DNA of 64,000 bases, taken from Stegostoma tigrinum (Eukaryota). The DNA lies in contig NC_081361.1 of the NCBI RefSeq assembly GCF_030684315.1, positions 41,461,045 to 41,525,044 on the forward strand. Reading direction: 5' to 3'. Positions 35,295-45,756 of this stretch are shown here, one piece after another; position 1 is the stretch's first letter; each line of letters begins with the position of its first letter. The notes under the pieces are model-generated. The model saw only the letters and a list, made by a program, of their open reading frames with translations. It searched no databases and was not told the origin of the DNA. Position numbers and translations under genes: made by a program.

Positions 35295-37270
35295 CAGATG
35301 GCATTCAGTCCAGTTCAAACTTAAAGTCATTCAGCTTGCAAATCAGACAAACTGTTGTGCAGCAGCTACAGAATTCAAGGTATCAAAGGAGAACATTAGA
35401 GATTGGAGAAAGCTCTCTCCATAGCTTAGGCAAATACCCACAAGTAAGTGTGCAATCAGAAGAGTGCCTAACATGTGGTGTATTGGGAAGTAAAGTTGCA
35501 AAAGAAGTCAGTTAAAATAATCCGAGTTCCTTAAGAAGTTACCTGAATTTCATCCTAAAACAAGCAAATTAAGCACTGCAGAATTCAAAGCCAGCCCCGG
35601 ATGGTACGTCAGTTTTATGAAGAGAAACATTTTTATTTAAATTACAGATTATCAAGATTTCACCAATGTTAAGGACAGGCTCATCACATTTCAATGGTTT
35701 ATAATCAAAACTCTAACCAAAGTGTGAAATCCATTGATCATGAAAACAGTACATACAAAGCTGTACTTATGGACATCCAATGGGAAAGGTAATGGTGATA
35801 TTCAGAAGAAAACCATACCAAAACACAACTCTCAGAGGAGTAAACAAGGTGTAGAGCTGGATGAACACAGCAGACCAAACAGCAGAGGAGCAGGAAAGCT
35901 GACATTTTAGGTCGAGACTCTTCTTCAGAAATGAGGGAGGGAAAGGAGATTCTGAAATAAATAGGGAGAGGCGGATAGAAGATGAATAAAGGCGAAGATA
36001 GGTGGAGAGGAAACAGATTGGTCAAAGAGGCAGGGTTGGAGGCAGTAAAGGTGAATGTAGGTGGGGAATTAGGGAGGGGATAGGTCAGTCCAGGGAGGAT
36101 GGACAGGTCAAGGAGGCAGGATGAGGCTAGTGGGTAGGAGATGGGGGTGGAGTTGAGGGGGGAGGAATGGTTAGGGAGGCAGGGACAAGGTAGGCTGGTT
36201 TGAGATGCAGTCAGGAGAGGGGAGATTTTGAAGCTTGTGAAGTCCACATGGGAACCCTGCAGCCAAATGGTATCAAAGCAAAATAGGAGTTGCTGTTCCT
36301 GCAGTCTTCAGGTGGCATCGTTGTGGCACTGCAGAAGGCCCAGGATGGACATGTTGTCCAAGAAATAGGAGGGGGATGTTGAAATGGTTCACAACTGGGA
36401 GGTGTAGTTGTTTGTTGTGAAACAAGCATAGGTGTTCCACAAACAGTCCCCAAGCCCCTGCTTGGTTCCAATGTAGAGGAGGCCACAACAGGAACAACAG
36501 ATATAGTATACCACATTGGCAGATGTGCAGGTGAAAATCTGTTTGATGTGGAAGGTCTTCTTGGGTCCTGGTAGGAGGGTGAGGTGCAGGGACAGGTGTA
36601 GCACTTGCTGCTGTTGCAGGGAAAAGTGCCAGGGGTGGTGGGGAGTATGGAGTGGACAAGGGAGTCACAGAGAGAGCGGTCCCTCCAGAAAGCAGATACG
36701 GGTGGGGAGGGAAAATTGTCTTTGGTGGTGGGGTCAGATTGCAGATGACGGAAGTGTCAGAGGATGATGCATGGATTTGGAGGTTGGTGGGGTGGTACGT
36801 GAGGACTAGGGGGATTCTGTTTTGGTTGTTATTGCTGGTAGGGAGCGTGAGGGATGAGTTGCGGGAAATGCAAGACACACAGTCGAGGGCATTTTTGACC
36901 ACTGTGGAGGGGGGAGTTGCGGTCCTTGAAAAACAAGAACTGTCTCCCAGAAGTAGTAGTTGCTCCTGTTCAGTATAGAGGGCAGTTGAGTGAAGGTGGC
37001 TTGAAAACAATGCTCAGGAAAGTTTGACGTTTCTGACAAAAAGGATTCTGTGGGGGGCAGGGGCAAGTTCTTCTCATCTGGGATGTGCTCAAATCAAGCC
37101 TCCTGAAGAAGTTATTGATTATTTTTGAAAGATTACATCAGTATGGAACAATTTATTTGGATCTGAAGATGACAAGGTGGGTGACTTAAGAATTTTAACA
37201 TAAAATTATTTTCTATTCTTTTAAAAGAATGAAATTGTATACATGAACATATATCTATGACATTTGTTTT
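35295..37270 (+). mobile_element. pogo/Tigger-type DNA transposon remnant split by a Penelope insertion
   Basis: FKLKVIQLANQTNCCAAATEFKVSKENIRDWRK and EFKASPGWYVSFMKR remnants at 35310-35630; right-hand extent uncertain. Confidence 0.6.
35841..36935 (-). mobile_element. Older Penelope-like element (RT C-terminus plus GIY-YIG, frameshifted)
   Basis: RIPLVLTYHP and FHIKQIFTCTSANVVYYICCSCCGLLYIG; decayed hammerhead core near 35900-35930. Confidence 0.88.
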
Positions 37271-37769
37271 CCAAGAATTTGGAAATCTTCACAAATTGAG
37301 GGCACAAATTTAAAAGAAAACATAGTTGTTATTTATTTATAAAATAGAAATACTTCCAGATCAATCTGCGCTACTTTTGAGGTTGCCGGTAATAATCCCC
37401 AACCTGGCAACTCTGACAGAGCAAGATGAAGATGTAGAGGACATTAAAATTCTCCAAAAAAAAAGTTGACATAAAGTTCAGCCTTGCTACTTGATTACAA
37501 ATTTTGATCTTAGATATTCGACATTTCCATCGATTTCAGCTGGATGTAGACTCTGCACAAAAGTAAATTCTTCAGACGAACAGTTGTTCCTTGTTGCACA
37601 AGGTGGGGCACACACACAAATTACGTACAGTCCACATAAAGCGAAATTGTTTTGACTTAAATTTTAAGTAGAAGCTCGTTAAAGAAAGTATCCCGAAAAT
37701 CCCAGAGAATGTTATTGCTGTCAATATAATTATTATTGTTGCCCTAATGCTAATTAATAATGTAGATAC

Positions 37770-38121
37770 CTTTGGCAAAATCGAGTAGTTTATGTTCTTT
37801 ATTCTCCAAATCGATGACCCGCGTATTGGGAGCGGGATAACCTGTGAAAGCTTCATCACCACAATTCACGAGTAGATGATGAACTACGACCTTGGCAGCG
37901 CGAAAGCTGAAGAATGTTGGCCCCCAGTCTTCATATTTAAACTTGGGGTTTTGTGTCATGGTGGTTTTCAATCCGATTTTCAGCATGAACCTCTTCATCG
38001 CCTCGGGAAAGAGGCAGGCCAAGATTTTGGCGACGAACACACAAAAGCAAACCAAGAGCACGAAAACCAATGTCTTCAGGTAGACAGCCACTTTCCGCAA
38101 ACGCACAGCTGGTTTCTCCAT
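37770..38121 (-). CDS. DIO1: DIO1 (type I iodothyronine deiodinase) coding exon 1
   Basis: N-terminal hydrophobic segment, then TMTQNPKFKYEDWGPTFFS and APN..V; 352 nt; donor gtatct; 4-exon layout typical of DIO1; total CDS 762 nt. Confidence 0.95.
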
Positions 38122-38139
38122 ACCTGCGGAGAAAGTACT

Positions 38140-38795
38140 GCTGCTGCGCCTGCGCCGGCGCTCCTGCCCTCTTTCCTCTAGTTACGGCTGCGTGGGACTC
38201 ACCCATCCCTCTTGCTGCGCCTGCGCCGGGGCTCCTGCCCTCTTTCCTCTTGTTACGGCTGCGTGGGACTCACCCATCCCTCTTGCTGCGCCTGCGCCGG
38301 GGCTCCTGCCCTCTTTCCTCTTGTTACGGCTGCGTGGGACTCACCCATCCCTCTTGCTGCGCCTGCGCCGGGGCTCCTGCCCTCTTTCCTCTAGTTACGG
38401 CTGCGTGGGACTCACCCATCCCTCTTGCTGCGCCTGCGCCGGGGCTCCTGCCCTCTTTCCTCTTGTTACGGCTGCGTGGGACTCACCCATCCCTCTTGCT
38501 GCGCCTGCGCCGGGGCTCCTGCCCTCTTTCCTCTTGTTACGGCTGCGTGGGACTCACCCATCCCTCTTGCTGCGCCTGCGCCGGGGCTCCTGCCCTCTTT
38601 CCTCTTGTTACGGCTGCGTGGGACTCACCCATCCCTCTTGCTGCGCCTGCGCCGAGGCTGCTGCCCTCTTTCCTCTTGTTACGGCTGCATGGGACTCCCC
38701 CTCCTTCCCTCTTGCTGCGCCAGCGCGGGGCTCCTGCCCTCTTGCCTCTTGTTACGGCTGCGCGAGGCTCCTCCTCTTGTCGCGCTTGCGCCGCC
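38140..38795. repeat. 71-bp GC/CpG-rich minisatellite: 8 near-perfect plus about 2 degenerate units
   Basis: GCTGCGCCTGCGCC starts at 38143, 38214, 38285, 38356, 38427, 38498, 38569 and 38640 (period 71); degenerate copies near 38715 and 38781. Confidence 0.97.
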
Positions 38796-38799
38796 GTCT

Positions 38800-39400
38800 C
38801 CGGCACGGTGTGTCAGAGAGAGGGAGAGACCCGCGAATCCTTTCATTTCTGTGGGAGCTCTCATTGGACTGAGACGTCGGTGGGGAGGGAGGTAATCCCA
38901 GAAACGGGGAAGCTGAATAATCATCCGATTCAGAGAAAAACAAAAATAAAGGCAATGTATTGAGTGCAATTCCAAGCACGACTGAAGTGAGTAAAACTGG
39001 ATAGGCTCGAGGTCAGCTATATGTCTGTGTACAGTCAGCTTCCGTGGATCAAATCAAAAACAAAGATAAAAAGAAACTGAATCGACAGAGAATGATGGAG
39101 AGGGTTGCGGAGTTTTTGATCAGTCAGCGTATTAAAGCCTGCGGGGACTGACGGTGCCCTTAAGAAGGGTGGCTGAGCCTCCGCATCTGATCCGGACTAG
39201 GCCCATCATCCTAGATCCGGATTTAAACGGCCAATGTAAACACTGGGCGGGGGGAAGGTCCGGGTCTACCTTCTCCGTGTCAGCACGCACAGCGGAATTT
39301 TACTGTTCCCGTGATTATAACTGGAGTAAAGAGAGTAAATTATCACCAAGGCAACCGCTGTCTTGAAACCCAATGCAAGTAAAATGCTGCGCTGCCCGGA
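38800..39400. promoter_or_regulatory. Probable DIO1/YIPF1 divergent promoter region
   Basis: CpG-rich; CCAAT boxes near 38863 (reverse) and 39231; GC box GGGCGGGG near 39245; lies between head-to-head genes. Confidence 0.55.
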
Positions 39401-39594
39401 AATCTGATTTTTTAAAAAAAAATTGTTCTAAATGCAAGAGTAACTCCGCAGGTCTGGTCGTGTCTGTGGGAGAGTCCTTTCAAATTCGAAACGTTAACTC
39501 TGTTTCTGTCTGCTAGAACTGCCGAATTTCTCCGGCATTTTCTGTTTTCATTCTCTCAAAATCCGGATCTCCCATCAACAGCGCCCTGATTGTT

Positions 39595-40035
39595 TTATTT
39601 TGATTTATTATTGACATGTACCGAGATACATTGAAAAGTATGTTTTGTATGCTAACTAGACAAATCATACCTTACATAAGTACGTTAGGGTAATAGAACG
39701 GAATGCAGAATATAGTGTTACAGCTACAGAGAAAGATCAACTCCGGTACATAGGGTAAGAACAGTGAAGAAGCTCTTCTTAAACCTGTTAGTACGTATTT
39801 TCAAGGTTTTGTATTTTCTGCCTGATGGAAGATGCTGGAGGAGAGTATAACTGGCGGGAGGGGTTGACTGTTTTCCCAAGGCAGCCGGAAGTGTACACGG
39901 AGTCAATGGCAGGAAGGCTGATTTTCGTGGTGAACTGGGCTGTGTTCACAACTTTCTAATTTCTTGTGGTCTTGGCCAGAGCAGTTGCCATACCAAGCTG
40001 TGATGCATCCAGATAGGAAGCTTTCTATGTATAAC
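39595..40035 (-). mobile_element. Rex1/Babar-type LINE 3' fragment
   Basis: LPSGRKYKTLKIRTNRFKKSFF is a typical Rex1/Babar C-terminal motif. Confidence 0.7.
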
Positions 40036-40176
40036 TGGTGATTTGTAACTCACCAGGGATAGGGCCATCAGTTTGTTCAAAGGTACATTCACCATCAGGC
40101 CATCTCAGTGGAGCTGATAATTTGAAATCAATTGACCCGGTAAGGAGCTAACCTGCTTTGCTTTTGCTCATTGCAG

Positions 40177-40306
40177 TATTGTTCATTTATCATCCTTGCC
40201 TTAAGTAGTTTAACATCTTAAACTTCAAATCAAGCTTCCTTGGCGTCCATGATTGCACATCATAATGGAATAGCTTCTCTGTGGAGGATTACCAGTAATT
40301 TGCCAG
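40177..40306 (+). other. YIPF1: Candidate non-coding 5' exon of YIPF1
   Basis: Branch-like GCTAAC, pyrimidine tract and ttgcag acceptor at 40176; donor CAG|gtataa at 40307; no coding support. Confidence 0.35.
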
Positions 40307-41135
40307 GTATAAGCAGCGTAACAACTCTAAAAGTAGGTAGATATCAGCTATACCATGGATTTCCCATAAATCTTAACCAATTGTAATGAATTGGTTTTAG
40401 TATAAGTGGAAGTCTAATTTAATATCTTTTTTCCATTAAAAATTTAGGCCAAGATTTCATGTCCTGTAGTCATTTTGTCATTGTTGTAGCACCAGCCAGA
40501 GTAATGTTTCAAAAAGTCTAGGTAAATGCATTCAGCTTAGAATATGTAGATTCTGCTAGTCTCTTCTGGTTTCAGAATCAGAGGGAACATTTACCTTTCC
40601 CCAGACTAGGGTGCTGAAAAGAATCATAGCATCATTCTGCTGTCAAACAGAGATTGGTTAATGTAATATCACCCAAGGTTAGAACCAGTGACTTTTTGAT
40701 AGGTGTAGTTGAGTCTAGATTGTTATTCAGGAACCAGAGTTGAAAATTATCCCTATTATTGTGTTCCATACTTAACTACTGAACAAGAGTGCTTAATCTC
40801 ATTTGTTATCAGGATATCAATGAGACCTCCTGTAAGCTAAATTAATTTTATCTTGTACACAGTATGGAGTGATATTGTATGTTAAAATTTAACCACATTT
40901 GTTTACTTTTGCCAATTAATCTGACAATTTTTGAATTAACTTAAAATTTGTGATGTTTCTTTTGGATTTTAATGCATATTAATTTGGACATTTTTTAGCA
41001 CAAAATATCCCCATAGTTTGAATTACAGATAGGTTTTAGAGTGGTCTGAACATGATGTCACCTGTTGTTGGAACTACTTTTATTTTTCAGACAAATTTTA
41101 TGGTTGATCATTTCATTGGTCTATCAATCAAGTAA

Positions 41136-41166
41136 ATGGCAGCTGCAGATGATTTACAGTTTCAAG
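41136..41166 (+). CDS. YIPF1: YIPF1 first coding exon (MAAADDLQFQ); exon starts at 41091
   Basis: Matches the MAAVDDLQFE N-terminus; acceptor tttttcag at 41090; donor gtaatt. Confidence 0.9.
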
Positions 41167-42024
41167 GTAATTGAATTTTATGATTGAGTTTTGAATGCAA
41201 TGATGTTTGCTTCAGCTTTACCATTGTACAATAATACCTCTAACACAATGGTTTATTCGTCATCAAAACAGTTTTACTTTTCCTCCTTTCTTATTTTTAA
41301 ATTAAGTTTGTCACTTTTGAAACTTTCATCAAGATAAAAAGATTGTCTGAATCAACATTATCCAACTTTTTAATTGTTCTTGAAAGCATCTGAATTGAAG
41401 GAGAATGCTGCAGTGTAGTATTAGTAACAATTCCAGACGTGTCCTGTTATATGTATCTTCCTCAACACAAACTCTTTTATGACAATTCTTCAATCCTGCT
41501 TTTAACAATAATGTTATAAATTGCTTAAAGTAAGTTAAAGTAGACATTAATACATAAATATTTCTAATAGGGATACTGATTTTTTGGGTTGCTCATTTAA
41601 TGATTGGCAGAACTGGAAATTTCTTACTCTATATTTTGGTATTCACTCACTTCATTTTTGACCACCTTTCTTCAGGCTATAATTTAATCAATTTTCCTTT
41701 CCTTCTGTTAACTTTTGATATTCTTTACAAGTACTTAAATTCCTAATTCTCTTTAGTGTTTAGATGGATTAAGCCCTATTTTTAAACTCAATATTGGAAC
41801 TTCTGGTTTCTTAACTTATGTTAATTGTTGATTAATGCACAGTGCTCTGTTATGACAACATTTAAGGCATTGCCTCAAATTGATCAATGAGCTTAAAGTT
41901 TAAGTGTCTGTATGTGTGTATGCCCCCTTTTAGTTTGTGAGTGACTTTAAAGAAAAGGAAGGTATTGATCTTAAACAAGGTAAAGATTAGTTGAATATAA
42001 AATACTGTTTCAAGTAAAAGTATT

Positions 42025-42320
42025 AGAATATAGAATACCTACTTATTAAGTACACACAGACCCTCTGAAATGTATCCCACCCAGACGTACACTGTCTGTG
42101 TTATCCTGCATCTCCCATGCCTATTCGACCTAGCCTGCACATCCCTGTACACTATAGGCAATTTAACATGGCCAGCCCACCTGACCTAGACATCTTTGGA
42201 CTGTGGGAGGAAACCAGAGCACCCAGAGGAAACCCACACAAATAGGGAGATTTGCAAACTCCACGCAGGCAGTTGCTCGAGGCTGGTTAGGCGATAGTTC
42301 TACCACTGGACCACTGACTC
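42025..42320 (-). mobile_element. V-SINE (HE1-like) tRNA-derived SINE
   Basis: Minus strand tggagtttgca...gggtttcctctgggtgctctggtttcctcccacagtccaaagatgt matches the recalled V-domain. Confidence 0.8.
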
Positions 42321-43914
42321 ACTAAATTGCTAACTAAATACATGCGAGGCTGAAATGAAGATGAGTGTAAAAATACCTTATGGAATTCAATTCTGTCCAT
42401 TAAGATATTGTTGCAGGCTCATAGTTTGCAATTGAAGTGTTAGTTGTCTGGACTGCGGGTGAAATTGAAAAGTTGTGTTCGGTCGCTGAGATGGCTTCCC
42501 AATTCAAATACTCAAGAGTTTTCCTTTGGACTCAGTAGTTAGAGCATTTTCGGGGTTGAGTGAAGGTATCTTTTCTTTAGGGGTTCTACTGGCACAAGAC
42601 ATGAAAACTGCCTGGTTTTCTGAACACCTTCCTTTGTAATTCTCTGTATCAGTGAGTAAGTCCAACTCTCAGGGGACATTTAACTGAGAACAACGAATGG
42701 AATTCTCTTCACAAGTTCTCCTGAGGTCTCAATAGAAAGTATCTGTTCCAATCCAGACATTTATACAGTTCAAAATTCACTATTCTAAACTGTTATGTCA
42801 TGTATCCAGATCAGTTATTGGTTTAATCCAAATTAGGTATTGGTTTAGCCCAGGCTTGGAACATATTCCCATCTAATATCTTTTAGCTTAAGTAGTTTTT
42901 TTAAAATTAATGATCTTCACCATTTACTTGAATGGTTCCCATTTTCCCAGGTTTGGTGAAGTAGGAAAGAACTAGTCATACTTTCAGGGAATCCACTGTA
43001 AATGAGTCTCTGTTCCACCTTATTGAAATGCTTGTTAAATTTCAAAAATCTTTAATCCTTTTTGAGATAACTGCAGTCTGATTCCAACCACAATTGAATT
43101 CACAAGAGAAGTCAGATGACTTGAAAGCCCCCTTTGTATTAATTTCTAGAAAGATATTGCAGTTCATTGTAAAATTTGTAAAATTCTAATTACATTTCTG
43201 TGATATACCTTCCACCTTTCAGGAACTAAAGTTTTTTTTTCAGAAAAGTTATGTGGAAGCAGAAGGGAATAAATGTACAAATTTTTTTTCCTCACAGACA
43301 TACACAGATAGCTGATGCATTGCATCTTCCGTCTTATGTTTTCCCATTAGATTTTATTAGGACATTTCTCTCTTTTTTTCCAGAGTTTGGAACTCCACTG
43401 GACTCTCCATCTGTAGCTTTCTCACCATTCAGAACTGAAAAGAATGAATCTGACAGATGCATACATAACTTGATTGCTGCTTTTTACCTGGAAGCATATC
43501 CTGTAAATTTCCCAGAGTTAAATCTATTAAATTCTCCCTTTGATGTAACATCTTAGCCATGGGTCTTTGGCTTCCAGACTCTTTCTTTTAAAAGTTGGTT
43601 ATTGGCTTTCCTGTTCTATCCATCATCTTTTCCCTTAAAATCCATTCTCTTCTGTGTTTCCACTTCCTCTGTTCCATGAGATACACGCAACCTGACCCAC
43701 GCCTGCTGTAATTCAGCAGTCTACGAGTTAATTCACAAGCCTTAATTTTCATGGCAGCTTCCCTCACAGAGATAACTTCTACTCCTCTAGGTACACTGTA
43801 AGGGAGTCAATTTTGAACTCCTGTAACTGTACCTATTGTTCTCTCATAAGTACTCTGGGCAGAATGTTATAGAGATCTGAGCTGTGGCAGAATTGCATAA
43901 GATGTCTAGTGAGG

Positions 43915-44250
43915 CCCATTATGAATGCTCAATTGCGAAGTCTCATTTAGCACTGTAACATATCCTCATTGTGAAGGCAAGGACAATACAGTGGTCACTC
44001 TTACCATATTGTCACAGATAGATGCATCTGTGGCAGGCAGATTTGTGAAGATGATATCATGTATGTTTTTCCCTCTTGTTGTTTCTGTCACCAGGTGCAA
44101 TCCTAGTCTAGCAACAATGTCCTTTAGGACTTGGCGAGCTTGATCAGTAGTGGTGCTGCTGAACCACTCCTGGTGGTGGACATTGAATTCCACCCCCCCC
44201 AGAGCACATTCTGCGCCCTTGCTACCCTCTGCTTCTTCCAAGTGCCAGTG
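43915..44250 (-). mobile_element. LINE endonuclease fragment
   Basis: FNVHHQEW...TTRGKNI.DIIFTNLP. Confidence 0.6.
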
Positions 44251-44989
44251 AACTTCTTCCTTGACTAGAACTGTTGCAGGTGAAGTGCTCACCAGCTTAT
44301 GGTCCTGCCCTTTCTAAGCCTAATGATCTGACTAAGATGTCAGTATCTGAGTTGGTTGGGAGTTGGGAGCCTTGACGACGCTTTCACTGAGGCCTCCAAA
44401 CTTTGTTCTCAGAGGTAAGGTTGGGGGAGCCAGCTGCTTTACCATGGAGATGTTGGATATGCTGTCAGTACCTACGAGACAAGAGAGAGAGAAGGAATTG
44501 CAGCTAATGGTTGGAAGTCATGTGCAGTGGATGACACTGAAAGCAGGATAAAGATGGGAGTTGCAATGGAAAAACTCATGACCTATGTCAATGCAGGTGC
44601 AGTCCCAGTTCTCTGCAAGGGCCGGGATTCTCTTGTAAGGGATATTACAACCGTATGTGCCCTTTCCACCCTTTTACAAACTCTCTTCTGTAATAAGAGA
44701 AAGGGAGGAATTGAGTGAGATGGAATTGATGGTACGGCTGTTAGTGCTGGTGAGGTTGTGAAGTAGGCAGCACAGAGGGCATGCTGGGTTAGTGGTGTAG
44801 AAGATCAGAAGATGTTGCAGGAAATAGTTAGAGTGGCAGAACATTAGTCTTGTTGGGACGTGGCTGGGATAGCAGAGATGGAATGCGTGCAGAGAGAAGA
44901 ATGTGGCACTCGTGCAGGTGCAGCAGAGAATGTCATTGACTTTATGGTACTGCTGCCGTTCTGCTCTGTGGAGATGTCAATGACCTTGG

Positions 44990-45420
44990 GTCCAGGAATG
45001 AGAAACACTAGTTATGAGGATAATTGGGATTGTTCTCCTTTTTAGAGAAGAAGGCTGAAAGGACATTTAATGGAGGTTTTAAATTCATGAGTAGGTTTGA
45101 TATAGAAGATGGGAGAAGTGTTTCGGCTCGTAAAAAGAAAACAGAGTGACGCCATAATTTTAAAGTGATGTGCAAACAAAGTAAGGATGATGGGAGAAAA
45201 ATACTTTTCATACAGCAAGTAGTTAGGGATTGGAATGCATGGCCTGAAAAAGTAGTGAGTTCAATTGAGCCATACAAGAGGGCACTGGATGATTATTTGG
45301 ATAGAAATAATGTGTGGATATTTGGGGAAAAGGCAGGAAATTGGCAGTAGGTAATAGAATCATTGCGGACACAATGGGCCAAATAATCTTCTACAGTATT
45401 GTAACGATTCTGTGACTCTT
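44990..45420 (+). mobile_element. CR1 3' fragment
   Basis: F.QQVVRDWNAWPEKVV remnant. Confidence 0.7.
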
Positions 45421-45756
45421 TCTGGGTTGACAACTCCAGTTCAACTTTCAACTCTTTCAGTTCTATTTGGGTCAAAGAACCTGGTCTGTTTTTGATTTAG
45501 ATTCTCCTGATGTTCTGCCCCCAAATTGTTTTCAAAATACTCATCCAGCATTTTCAAGAATTCCTGTCTGTTTGTCTCACTGAATATTTTAAATCCTGTG
45601 CGCTTAGTGATAGCATTTTATTGTTCCATGTCTACATTCCACATTCATAAAACATAGAACAGTACAGCACTAGAATAGGTCCTTTGATTCCTCATGTCTG
45701 AAAATTTAAACTTTTTGACAGAATCTTGTGCATAAGGAATTGCCATCTCAATTGTT

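Noticed and set aside
38140-38700. CRISPR-like regular repeats
   Set aside because: Head-to-tail tandem units with no unique spacers; eukaryotic context with no cas genes
38070-38963. 297-aa and overlapping long ORFs
   Set aside because: They arise from the stop-poor GC-rich 71-bp repeat; periodic peptide with no recognisable domain
39190-39222. Short hairpin ATCCGGACTAGG...CCTAGATCCGGAT in the promoter region
   Set aside because: 12-bp bulged stem, single occurrence, no functional handle
39000-39270. AGGTCA-like half-sites as a thyroid hormone response element for DIO1
   Set aside because: No properly spaced DR4 or palindromic pair; isolated half-sites are expected by chance
44300-44990. 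Possible Harbinger/Myb-SANT remnant
   Set aside because: Too degenerate to support without a profile search
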